This document shows, piece after piece, positions 21,001 to 29,686 of a DNA stretch of 64,000 nt. The notes beneath the pieces are model-generated. The model made no database searches. It was not told where the DNA came from and was given only the letters and a program-made list of their open reading frames with translations. Each line of letters starts with the position of its first letter. The first letter of the stretch is position 1. Made by a program: the position numbers and the translations under genes. The stretch comes from Candidatus Altiarchaeales archaeon (GTDB lineage Archaea; Altiarchaeota; Altiarchaeia; IMC4; SCGC-AAA252-I15): NCBI GenBank assembly GCA_014727915.1, contig WJMO01000006.1:288001-352000 (forward strand), written 5' to 3'.

Positions 21001-23173
21001 GACGGTTGACAGCGTCAGAGATTTCAGGAAGGTAGTCTACGCACTGCTCTTAATATCCCTGATATCATCGGCCTATTTCGGTTTTGAGGCCCTAAACTCT
21101 TCGGATATAAGAGGTTCCTGGAGGTTCCAAACGGGAGCGGAGCCGAAGGGGTGGTACACTGAGGATTTTGAGGACGGGGCGTGGACTGCCGGGGAGCCGG
21201 AGTTCAGGAGAAGCCAGATATCACATATGCTGGTGAGGGGAGAGGTCAGGATAGACAGGGTGAAGGACGCGGTGGCGAGCATCGTGGGGGACGACTGCAT
21301 CAGCGAATTCTACATAAACGACAAGAGGATATTCGAGACGAGGGACTGCGGGCACATGACGCACTGCAACGGAAAGAGGTTCGACCTTACGGAACATGTC
21401 CGCAAGGGAGGTAACACGTTCGCGCTGAAGATACTGAACAGCGGAGGAGGCCCGGGACGGTTCAACATCAGATGGTTGAATAGGAGGAACACAACCCCTG
21501 CAGTGATATCGATGGCATTGTCCGCGATATTGCTACTTCTCATTTTACAGGATATAACCAAGCTGAAGAGAGTTGATGGATACATACGATTAATCGCGGG
21601 TAAGGCTGTCAAAGCCGCGGACAGGATGCTTCCAGTCCTGCTATTGGCCATAATATTGGGTGCGACATTCTTCACGTTGAAGCACGGTAACACCGGCTAC
21701 ATGGACAAGAAGGTGCGGGACGCCGTCATTGTCTCTTCCGCGGTGGCAGGTGTGCTGTTGGGGGCCGTCATTCACCTGAGGGGGGGCGAGGTGATCTCGG
21801 CCCGGACGTTCAAGGCAGTGTGCATCCTGGGAGCATTGTTCTATATGACGTTGCTATTTCTGCCAAGAGGGTTCAACGCGGACGCAGCCATGCAGTCAGT
21901 ATTCGCCTTCGACATACTCAAAGGGGAGAAGCTGACCCACTACAACGCCACGGGATACCTCGAATACCTGACTTTCATCTACCCCCTGCTGCCATTCTAC
22001 GCGTTGCTGGGGCACCAGGAAGTCCTGATAAAGGCGTTGATAGTCGCGTATGAGCTGGTTTTCATAGTCTTCCTCTACAAGCTGGTGAGACTGTGGTATG
22101 GTGTCAATGCCGCCAGGTACGCCGCGTTCTTCGCGCTGTTCTCCGGCGCCATGACCTTCGTGTTCTCACCATACCTGTCACCTGCAACTACGATACCCGT
22201 AATAGCGATATACCTCCTGGAAAGCGGCGGCAGGAAACGTCGCTTCCTCGGGTTCGTCCTGGGCGGAGTCTCATACTATTACTACTATCACATGCCATTC
22301 TACGTGATCCTAGTATATGTGGTGGTAGAGTTCATCTTCAACCCCGGGAGGATTCGGAGGGACTACACCGCATTGGCGGTCGCTGCGCTGATAGTCTTGC
22401 CCGGGTTCCAGGCCACCCTTGCCAACCCCTCCGCGGACAAGACGTTGAACGGCTTCCTTGTGGGAGCTGACACAAGCCACCTGGGATGGCACGAGTACAG
22501 GAAGGACCTGGAGGCCGTGTTCCAGTCCAACTACAAGCTCGCGACCATAAACCCTGTGCTCACAGCCCTAACGGCATTGTCCATCTTATACTTCATCTTC
22601 AAGGCCCTCGAATCAGGTGACAGGGTCAGATTCATATATGAGAACAAGAGTGCCGTTTTCGCGGTTCTCTTCTTCCTGATGCTGTTCCCCGTGCTGTTCT
22701 ACGCCCCGTACGTGCAGCCGAGGGTCTACCGCTTCGCATTGCCGGCGTTCTTCATACTCGCGGGGGTCTTCGTTGGCAAAGTCTCACGCCCGGGAGCGGC
22801 GCGTATCATGCTCGTGTCCCTGCTTGTCATCTACGCGGGAGTGGACGTCTACAACCACTTCGACTATGTGACGAGCAGGAAGTCCATAAGCCCAGGGGAG
22901 TTCGAGTACGGCCTTGGAGAGGCTTCGAGTTATCTGATGATGCAGAACCCCAGGAAAGTGTACGTGGACCATAGGATGGAGCATCAGCTGAGGTTCTACA
23001 GCGGGGATAAACTGCCGGTTAGGGAGGTTAACACGATGGGCAAATGCAGCTACTACGTGTTCTGGAGCAACAACAGGGAGAACACGTTCGACAGGCCCAA
23101 CCGGAAGGTTGTGAAGACCATCGACTACCCGTGGGGGGAGCCGGCCATAAGGATACACAGGGAGTGTGGTTGA
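18062..23173 (+). CDS. 1703-aa polytopic fusion: YfhO-like GT-C module, ArnT/PMT-like module and three jelly-roll domains
   Basis: FPLWNPYICGG and NQNYYEGW...FSYEP YfhO-like motifs; duplicated DDC...HCNG domains; second TM cluster after NADAA. Confidence 0.7.
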   Translation: MKKKRRSMQERISLFFLVLAAAVTAYSLLTHLSTEDVGEFQWYFSENVTCNADSNLGQPGWEEINVPFTRQESGRNVCFLGVSHSLKSGDDLSLEVRVDDSIRGVYLNGETAKSIRTQGGWRKVVLTDSLLDGENRLVVSGYNIAKNVDLNVVRETPNNMGWLCLGLVFAFILTAKDLGRKPGYLLFAAALIIVIYLFPAFGRYNYWGIGDWNQFQTFYQSAKNTIVKYHQFPLWNPYICGGNVQLAYPQPGFLSPYLITLLVFDVAHGIKINLALYFITGVIGCYLLSRKMGLGAYSTLLFSMTFVLSGYFAHRINQGHVPTLIIVYLPLIVYLYWKTLEDFKYAPLMAVVVALYVLEAHPFLTTLVMMFLVFYSVFLSGTTAVSITLRGEKRRARSWAKYLPAAKPLTVAVAVSLLAAMLVGFKVVPGLDFAHDNPRMVSDDTGFNRGLLKDALLLGKKSENRHSWGWHEYNGYIGVVPLILAVLGMLLSLRKPKLLALMMFLAFITMYSFNEYSPVNLWELFHKLPLFSSQHLPMRSIAYITFILSFFAGLGLDRIERANSHLAKLVLVFVVVNLFTVNTNLIEGTFRYTPRMDYESSIGAFHQAEDVDDRGSPSDNMYSFVLQDVGVTNCYAPGGLNNHATPVQRANYRGEAYLMGGSGSARVFAFSPNQVDVIVDTPAPNVVVINQNYYEGWSADGIAAENTRGLVSARVDAGKKMVSFSYEPPGLKLGVALSLLGLLLSAIIYRGEHRKMIARAECFVKEHLLDSKPFRGMVLGVLLAAAVLSTNFMVGEVMQPDDVWTFYTGGDVDGWYELGFDEAGWERRGLPFEEDNIGQILARGTVYVRDVEKAYVEIVGDDCISEFYINERKAYETRSCGHMTHCNGKRFDLRRHVQPGANKFALKILNSGGGPGRFNIRWEDRSLRTRLFRVDSLPYTLLLLSLLWIAFIHREKPMEYLARKASNAVKASKRRKRRKKTVDSVRDFRKVVYALLLISLISSAYFGFEALNSSDIRGSWRFQTGAEPKGWYTEDFEDGAWTAGEPEFRRSQISHMLVRGEVRIDRVKDAVASIVGDDCISEFYINDKRIFETRDCGHMTHCNGKRFDLTEHVRKGGNTFALKILNSGGGPGRFNIRWLNRRNTTPAVISMALSAILLLLILQDITKLKRVDGYIRLIAGKAVKAADRMLPVLLLAIILGATFFTLKHGNTGYMDKKVRDAVIVSSAVAGVLLGAVIHLRGGEVISARTFKAVCILGALFYMTLLFLPRGFNADAAMQSVFAFDILKGEKLTHYNATGYLEYLTFIYPLLPFYALLGHQEVLIKALIVAYELVFIVFLYKLVRLWYGVNAARYAAFFALFSGAMTFVFSPYLSPATTIPVIAIYLLESGGRKRRFLGFVLGGVSYYYYYHMPFYVILVYVVVEFIFNPGRIRRDYTALAVAALIVLPGFQATLANPSADKTLNGFLVGADTSHLGWHEYRKDLEAVFQSNYKLATINPVLTALTALSILYFIFKALESGDRVRFIYENKSAVFAVLFFLMLFPVLFYAPYVQPRVYRFALPAFFILAGVFVGKVSRPGAARIMLVSLLVIYAGVDVYNHFDYVTSRKSISPGEFEYGLGEASSYLMMQNPRKVYVDHRMEHQLRFYSGDKLPVREVNTMGKCSYYVFWSNNRENTFDRPNRKVVKTIDYPWGEPAIRIHRECG
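20633..21475 (+). repeat. Intragenic direct repeat (20633-20827 vs 21281-21475, offset 648 nt)
   Basis: Three identical DNA blocks of ~41, ~42 and ~50 nt separated by diverged patches. Confidence 0.9.
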
Positions 23174-23175
23174 AG

Positions 23176-23997
23176 ATGAGGGGGAAGACGTATGCGTTCG
23201 GCAAGAACTGGAAGGACTTCGTGGACAACCACTTGGACGATAGCAGGGTCGAGGAGGCTGTGAAGTCCCTCTCAGGCTTCATAGGCGGTGAGAACATTGG
23301 CGGAAGGTTCCTGGACATAGGATGCGGCAGCGGGCTCTTCTCGCTGGCAGCATACCGTCTGGGGTTCAACGAAGTCGTCAGCTTCGACGTGGACCCCCAC
23401 TCCGTCGCATGCTGCAAGTACCTCAGGGAGAGGGAAGACAACCCGGAGGGTTGGAGTGTCATGGAAGGCTCCATATTGGATGAGGAGTTCGTGGGGGGGC
23501 TGGAGTCGTTCGACCTGGTCTACTCATGGGGTGTGCTGCATCACACGGGGGACATGTGGAGGGCGATGGGTAACTCGTGCAAGCTCGTGAAGGACGGTGG
23601 CCTGCTCTACATAGCGATATACAACAAGACAGGCAATTGGGGCTTCCACGGCGACGGACGCTTCGGGCCTTCTAAATTCTGGGAACGGGAGAAGAGGCTC
23701 TACACCAGCATGCCATCCCCCATCCAGAAGATGATAGACTATGCCGTGATGGCGGGGCTGGCATTCACTTATGTCCTAAGCCTGAAGAACCCGCTGAGGG
23801 AGATAAAAGAGCATAGGAGGTACAGGGGCATGTCCTGGTCGGTCGACATAAGGGACTGGCTGGGAGGATACCCATACGAGTACGCCACCGCAGAGGAAGT
23901 GAACAGGTTCGTTGAAGACCGGGGTTTCGAGACTTTGAAGCAGGCAGTACATGGAGGACTCAGGAACAACGAATTCCTGTGCAGAAAACTCAAATAG
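23176..23997 (+). CDS. Class I SAM-dependent methyltransferase (UbiG-like, glycan-locus type)
   Basis: FGKNW, FLDIGCGSG, VYSWGVLHHTG, DWLGGYPYE. Confidence 0.9.
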   Translation: MRGKTYAFGKNWKDFVDNHLDDSRVEEAVKSLSGFIGGENIGGRFLDIGCGSGLFSLAAYRLGFNEVVSFDVDPHSVACCKYLREREDNPEGWSVMEGSILDEEFVGGLESFDLVYSWGVLHHTGDMWRAMGNSCKLVKDGGLLYIAIYNKTGNWGFHGDGRFGPSKFWEREKRLYTSMPSPIQKMIDYAVMAGLAFTYVLSLKNPLREIKEHRRYRGMSWSVDIRDWLGGYPYEYATAEEVNRFVEDRGFETLKQAVHGGLRNNEFLCRKLK

Positions 23998-24046
23998 TTT
24001 GTAGAAAATTATAAATAATTTAAAAGAGACCGTATATTCTTTTAAA

Positions 24047-24751
24047 ATGGATGGTTACACAGTTCTCATACCGGTCTACAACGAGGAGGACATACTGGAG
24101 GATAACATCAGAAAGCTTATGGAGTACCTGGACGACCACATGCCAGGCTATCGGATAATCGTCTGCAGCAACGGGTCCACAGACCGTACGGACGAGATAG
24201 GGTCGGGTATAGACGATCCGAGGGTAAGCTTCATCTCCATACCAGAGCGGGGTGTTGGACGGGCTTTCAAGAGGATGGTCCTAGAGGCTGAGACTGATAA
24301 GCTCGTATCCATCGACGTTGATCTAACAAGCGATTTGAGGTTCATACCGGAGTGCGTGCGGCTCCTGGACGAGAACAGCATAGTGATAGGGTCGAAGAGG
24401 AAGGGAGAGCAGGAGCGGCAGCCGCACCGAACCCTCATAAGCAACGTTTTCATAAAGTTGGTGAAGGTGCTTCTGGGATTGAAGTACAGCGACTACAGCA
24501 TCGGCACCAAGGGGTGGAGGAAGTCAGCTATCTCCGAATACGTCGGGGGAATAGACCACGGATCGTCCTATGTTATAGAGCTGACATACTATGTGGAAGT
24601 GGGCGGCGGCGTGATAGCTGAGGTCCCGGTCTTCTGCTCGGACACCCGGGGAAGCAAGTTCAACATAGTAAATGAGATTTTCTACAGGCTCTACAATCTG
24701 CTGAGGTTGTGGGCCAGGGTAAAGCTGGTCAGAGGGCGAAGAACCTCTTGA
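24047..24751 (+). CDS. GT2 glycosyltransferase (dolichyl-phosphate GT-like)
   Basis: VLIPVYNEE, NGSTD, IDVDL. Confidence 0.88.
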   Translation: MDGYTVLIPVYNEEDILEDNIRKLMEYLDDHMPGYRIIVCSNGSTDRTDEIGSGIDDPRVSFISIPERGVGRAFKRMVLEAETDKLVSIDVDLTSDLRFIPECVRLLDENSIVIGSKRKGEQERQPHRTLISNVFIKLVKVLLGLKYSDYSIGTKGWRKSAISEYVGGIDHGSSYVIELTYYVEVGGGVIAEVPVFCSDTRGSKFNIVNEIFYRLYNLLRLWARVKLVRGRRTS

Positions 24752-26963
24752 GTTCCCTGTTCTTCCCAAGGTGGGCGTAGGCTATCACCGACACGGCCGA
24801 CAGGGTCAGTAGTATGCCGATCCAGTCCACCGGCGTCTTACCGTAGACGATCCTCACATGCTTTTGCGTCGGGTACACGAGCATGAAGGAAGGTGAGACC
24901 AGGTATATCTCGTCGGCGCCTTCCGGCTTCCAGCTCGGGTAGTAGGATATGCTTATTATGTGGGGTGCCCCCACGCAGTCCGTTGTGAACTCTATGACGT
25001 CCGATTGGACTATCTCCCGGACGTTGCACTCCCTGTTCAAAGGCGTCTTGGGCAGGCTATCGAGGTCTGCCATGGAAGGGTCTCGTATGACGTCTTGGAA
25101 AAGGCGCATATCGTCGGTGTCGGCGGACTTCTTGAAGGCTATTGGACTGTCTATCAGGTCCATGTTCCGGAACCACTGGTAGCTGATGTTCTTCCAGTCG
25201 CCGGTCTCGTATAGTACAGGCATGTATTCGGGAACTGTGACATACTGGTTGGGGTTGGTGGTGAGCTCCCACACCTCGAAGGGCTCGTCCCTGAAGGCCA
25301 TCCTCCACTCGGGGTGGAGCACCAACGCCTCCTTCAGCTTCTCGCTCCTGGCGACGAGGTACTGGGTGTTGAACATCTTCAGGTGTTCGGTGCCGTCCTC
25401 CAGGTTGAAGCTCGTGCACGGATAGACCGCCCAGAAGGGGCAGGACTGCTGCTCGCTCACCTCAGACTGTATGTAGAAGGTGAAAGGCGAGGTTATTATG
25501 GACTGCATGTACAGGCCTTCGAGTATGCTCCTGCCAGCGAACAATGGTATGCTCTCGAATGCGCGGACCGTGCCTGCGGCGTTGTGCTTGTCGTTGTGCT
25601 CGAACTTGGCGCGTGGGCTGCTGACATCGCCCCCCATGAAGTCGTTGGTGGACTTGAACTGCTTCCAGATGCTCTTCTTCTCGAAGCCCTCATAGTTCCA
25701 CTCCACCCAGTAGGGTGTGTACCCGCCGTATTTCCACGTCTTCATCTGTTCCATGAACTTCCCGGGGTGGAATTCTATCTTGTCGTCCTGCGAGGTTATC
25801 AGGACCTTGTTGCTGTTCACCCAGAAGACGGTGAGCAACACGACGATAAGCGGGAGTATCCATTTGCCCTTGAGGGGGCGGATGAACTGTGAGAGGCCAT
25901 ATGCCGCGAGCACCATGAGGGTCAGGTAGGTGAAGGGCAGGAACCTTATGTCTACCACGCCTATCTTGGGGGCGAGGACGAAGAACACCAGAGAGGTCAC
26001 GATGGAGTATGTCAGGAAGACCACGCGGGAATCCCGGCGGTATGCGCACATGAAAAGGCCGAAGCCGGAGAAGAACAGGAAAGGCCATAGGATGGGAGGG
26101 AGGACCTCCTCTGTTATGTTCCAGGGTATGTCGTATGATGTCGTGTATTTGAGCCTGAGTATGAGGGGTATTATCCAGAAGCCGGTGAGCATGAACGCCA
26201 GGGGAAAGGACTTTCCCATGTACTTGACACGCTCCAAAAGCCTCTTGGGGTTGCGGTCGTAAGATAGTATTAAGGAGGACAAAACCGCCCATAGCACGGT
26301 GTATACGTGGGTCAAGGCCACCAGTGCCAGGATGAACGCGTTGGCGAGCATGTGCTTGTTCCGCTGTATCCCATAATAGAGCACGCCGAAGAAGAGCATG
26401 GTGAGGGAGAGGCTTATGCTGTAGGAGAATTCCCCGGCCAGTGTGCTGGGTATGTTTCCACCCCACATGCTGTGGGACTCCTGGAACAGGAAAGGGAGGG
26501 TGAATATGGCGCCGAAGACGGGGGTGGGGAACTTGAAGCGCATCAGCTTCAAACTGGCGAATACCGTCAGAGGCAGTGAGAATATGCCTAGCACCGTAAC
26601 CAGCTTGAAGGATATCTGCAGGGGTATTATGTAGCCGAGCAGGGCTATCATCACGAAGGGCAGAGTGAAGTAGAACTGGAACAATGGCATGCCACCATAC
26701 CATCCCGGAAGCCAGCCTATAACGTGGCCCTTTGGTATGAGCTCTTCCTTGAGGAACTTGGCGGGATAGTAGTGTGATGCTGTGTCCCCGCCGGCTGTTA
26801 TGGTCTTCGCTAGCATAACGTCCGGTGTGAAGACCGAGACGAGGAAGCCATATATGACTATGAAGGCTATGATGTTCACTGCGAGCTCGAGGGTGAGGTT
26901 GAGCGTGCGTTTCCCCATCTGCAGTTCAACTCCCTTAGGCTTTCTCTTTGTTTTCTTCTTCAT
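24729..26963 (-). CDS. PTPS-related-domain membrane protein (GT-C-like)
   Basis: GGDTASH, W..GWYGG.PLFQFY, GGNI.STLAGEFSY, WNYEGFE motifs; many TMs. Confidence 0.8.
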   Translation of the reverse strand: MKKKTKRKPKGVELQMGKRTLNLTLELAVNIIAFIVIYGFLVSVFTPDVMLAKTITAGGDTASHYYPAKFLKEELIPKGHVIGWLPGWYGGMPLFQFYFTLPFVMIALLGYIIPLQISFKLVTVLGIFSLPLTVFASLKLMRFKFPTPVFGAIFTLPFLFQESHSMWGGNIPSTLAGEFSYSISLSLTMLFFGVLYYGIQRNKHMLANAFILALVALTHVYTVLWAVLSSLILSYDRNPKRLLERVKYMGKSFPLAFMLTGFWIIPLILRLKYTTSYDIPWNITEEVLPPILWPFLFFSGFGLFMCAYRRDSRVVFLTYSIVTSLVFFVLAPKIGVVDIRFLPFTYLTLMVLAAYGLSQFIRPLKGKWILPLIVVLLTVFWVNSNKVLITSQDDKIEFHPGKFMEQMKTWKYGGYTPYWVEWNYEGFEKKSIWKQFKSTNDFMGGDVSSPRAKFEHNDKHNAAGTVRAFESIPLFAGRSILEGLYMQSIITSPFTFYIQSEVSEQQSCPFWAVYPCTSFNLEDGTEHLKMFNTQYLVARSEKLKEALVLHPEWRMAFRDEPFEVWELTTNPNQYVTVPEYMPVLYETGDWKNISYQWFRNMDLIDSPIAFKKSADTDDMRLFQDVIRDPSMADLDSLPKTPLNRECNVREIVQSDVIEFTTDCVGAPHIISISYYPSWKPEGADEIYLVSPSFMLVYPTQKHVRIVYGKTPVDWIGILLTLSAVSVIAYAHLGKNRELKRFFAL

Positions 26964-27772
26964 TTTTTCACTTGCATGTACAGGAACATGCCCACTAGCA
27001 ATATGAGAGCGGCCATCGGCAGGTATTCTATGGTCTCCTCCTCTTCCTCCTCGACTACCTTGACCATCCCCCCTGAGAGTATGCTGTAGTGAAGGCCGGC
27101 CTCTTCGTATTCCAGGGATGCGAACACCACATAGGTGGAGCCTGGGAGGGCGCCAAATGCCTTTATTGGTATGGAAACGCTCCCAGTGCCCTGCGCATCT
27201 AGCGATATCTCTGTCTCATACTGGTCCGCGACTATCTCGTCCGGGAGATAGAGCCTGACGGAGACAGTTTGTGGCTTGGCGTCCAGGTTGGTCACCTCCA
27301 ATACAAGGTCCCGTTTCTTTTCGGGAGGAAGGCTCACCTCTTTTACGAGCCCCCGCACCTTCGTGGGTGCGGGCTGCTTGTAGTGCACCACGAACGGGTA
27401 GACCGTGGTGAAGGGGTATGCGTTGGCGTCAGCATAGTGTGTTTTGACAACTATAGGGTAGGTTCCAGGTATGTTTGATTCGTCTATTGATATGGAGAAT
27501 GCCTGGGTGCTGGGTGTGTTAGGCTGCAGTAGGCCTATGAACACTGGCTGGGCCTGAAATCCGTCGGGTAGAAGAAGGGATGCTTGGACATCGTATGCTG
27601 GCTCGTCGCCCAGGTTGGTGAACGTGGCCTTAAGGTCCTGGGAACCGGCTGAAATGACCGATATGGGCTCCACTGCCACATCTATCCGAATGTAAGCAGC
27701 CGATGAAAACCCGGCTAATAGCAGCATAAAAAACGCCGTGATAGTAAGTTTCCTCCTGCCCACACCAACCAC
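26960..27772 (-). CDS. Secreted Ig-like protein with C-terminal membrane anchor
   Basis: Signal peptide, TNLGDEPAYDV, acidic linker, TM and KK tail. Confidence 0.7.
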   Translation of the reverse strand: MVGVGRRKLTITAFFMLLLAGFSSAAYIRIDVAVEPISVISAGSQDLKATFTNLGDEPAYDVQASLLLPDGFQAQPVFIGLLQPNTPSTQAFSISIDESNIPGTYPIVVKTHYADANAYPFTTVYPFVVHYKQPAPTKVRGLVKEVSLPPEKKRDLVLEVTNLDAKPQTVSVRLYLPDEIVADQYETEISLDAQGTGSVSIPIKAFGALPGSTYVVFASLEYEEAGLHYSILSGGMVKVVEEEEEETIEYLPMAALILLVGMFLYMQVKK

Positions 27773-27819
27773 TTGCTTTTAATTAAAAACTAGTATTATT
27801 AAGTAATTTCTATTAAAAG

Positions 27820-29673
27820 ATGAGATACTACTCGAAAGCATGTTCTAGAGGCCTTCTTGGTGGTGGAATCGAGAACATGGTATTGTTAGCGTTGATTCTC
27901 GTGGCCAGCTGGGTCATACTCGGCGTAGTCCTGCCTAGGCTCGGGATACTCGAACCCCCCACATCTGAAAGGGGTTATGTGGGCTTCAGCGGGATCATAC
28001 CGGAACATGAGAGGCTGGGATGGCTGATAGACAACGAGAACGACAGGGGATTCTTCGTCTTCAGGAACATAGGCGACTCGACCGCAACCATAAGGCCTGG
28101 ATCGGTTGAGGTGACGATCGGGCAGTTGAAATGCGATCCCGCGCCCGCGGACGAGCCATTGTATGTGAAGCCGGGCGACAAGGCGTTGGTGGAGGTCAGA
28201 TGTCCGGAACTCAATGAGAGGTTCTCGAGGATAGGCCAGTACTACGAGGCCTATGTTAACATCGTATACGAGACGCCCGCGGGCATAAGGCACAACAGCA
28301 GCGGGATACTATATGGCCACATCGAGAGGACTGACCCGCGGTTTGAGCCTCCAAATCCCAGTATTACGGGCACAACGCAGCCGAGAATTCCCCAATGTTT
28401 CTACCATGAATGCAACGTTTCAGGCGGCATGGACTACTGGAACTGCGGGGACTTACTATCCCAGTTCGAATGCCTCTACTGCCCGCAAGAGCCGGACCCA
28501 GTGGATGGGAAGCATAAGTGCTGGTACACTGGGACTTGTGGTATGGAGTGCAACTCGGACAAGGAGTGCGACCAGTTCACGACAGACCCCTATCTGCTAC
28601 AGCTGAACAAATGCACGAAATGCAGTGAAGACCCGAACAGCCCAATAGACGATCCTAGGTTCATATGCCAGGAGGTCCCGGGAGTCATTACCTGCGGGCC
28701 ATGCCCACCATACGACGCAGGCTCGCTCGACAGCGCATGGTGCGACTACGAGGGATGCCGATACTGCTACTATGAATGGGTCCAGTTAAGCGAGCTGCCA
28801 GACGATGGGGTGATGAGATACAGGTGTGTTGAACAGGGTAACTGCGGAGATTCATGCATAGACTATGGTTTTGACGTATACCAGGAATGCCAGGAGAGAT
28901 GCGTTTTCTGCGAGCCGAACGAGGAGACCCCGGACCCTACAGACGGGACATGCGACCAGGGAAGCTGCGGGGAGCACTGTGGCCTGACCGGGTTGGACGA
29001 GTGCGATGAGGGTTGCATGTGGTGCAACAACACCGGGCCTAACCCCAGCTACACGTGCGAGATGGGAGACTGCGGGAAAGATTGCGACCCAACTAACCCC
29101 ATAGACGAGTGCCAGTTGGGGTGCGACATATGCTATGGGCCCAATCTCTTCGGGGAGTACAAGTGCGTTAAGATGGACATCGCTGCGGCGATAAACGCCA
29201 ACAACGGCACCGCATTTGGCAACGTGGTTAGGCCTAATGACCCCATATACGTCGACTTGGAGGGCGAGTGCGAGGATGGGATTGACAAGCTGCTTGTGAG
29301 CAATAGCATAAGCAACGACCCTGCCACTGAGCCGCCCATAGACTGCCAGGCGATAGCGGATCAGATAAACAGCGACCTGGGGGAGATAGACGACCCGCTG
29401 AGCACGGAAGTGAAGGACTACCTGCAGAACACGTGGGGCATAACGTGGATGTCCGCGCCACACCAGTGCGGAGGCGTAAGGATATGCAAGCACAGGTGGG
29501 AGACTTCGGAGGCTGACATAAACAGGTACTGCTACTTTGGGATAGCCCAGAAGTTCAGCTCTTCCGGGGATGGCAGATGGAGTCGGATAGTCGGCGACGA
29601 CATCATCGTGGGTTACATAGATGTCTACCTGGCATACCCAAAGGCGGAAGGTTACGTCCAGCCGCAGTTTTGA
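27820..29673 (+). CDS. Pilin-like protein with Cys-rich tandem repeats
   Basis: SRG followed by hydrophobic helix; pilin-like domain ending SSGILYG; repeated CxxC...GxCGxxC units. Confidence 0.65.
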   Translation: MRYYSKACSRGLLGGGIENMVLLALILVASWVILGVVLPRLGILEPPTSERGYVGFSGIIPEHERLGWLIDNENDRGFFVFRNIGDSTATIRPGSVEVTIGQLKCDPAPADEPLYVKPGDKALVEVRCPELNERFSRIGQYYEAYVNIVYETPAGIRHNSSGILYGHIERTDPRFEPPNPSITGTTQPRIPQCFYHECNVSGGMDYWNCGDLLSQFECLYCPQEPDPVDGKHKCWYTGTCGMECNSDKECDQFTTDPYLLQLNKCTKCSEDPNSPIDDPRFICQEVPGVITCGPCPPYDAGSLDSAWCDYEGCRYCYYEWVQLSELPDDGVMRYRCVEQGNCGDSCIDYGFDVYQECQERCVFCEPNEETPDPTDGTCDQGSCGEHCGLTGLDECDEGCMWCNNTGPNPSYTCEMGDCGKDCDPTNPIDECQLGCDICYGPNLFGEYKCVKMDIAAAINANNGTAFGNVVRPNDPIYVDLEGECEDGIDKLLVSNSISNDPATEPPIDCQAIADQINSDLGEIDDPLSTEVKDYLQNTWGITWMSAPHQCGGVRICKHRWETSEADINRYCYFGIAQKFSSSGDGRWSRIVGDDIIVGYIDVYLAYPKAEGYVQPQF

Positions 29674-29686
29674 ACATGGTCTGAAG

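Noticed and set aside
20633-21475. Repeat pair as DGR template/variable region
   Set aside because: Differences are not adenine-specific, both copies are in one ORF, and there is no reverse transcriptase in the window
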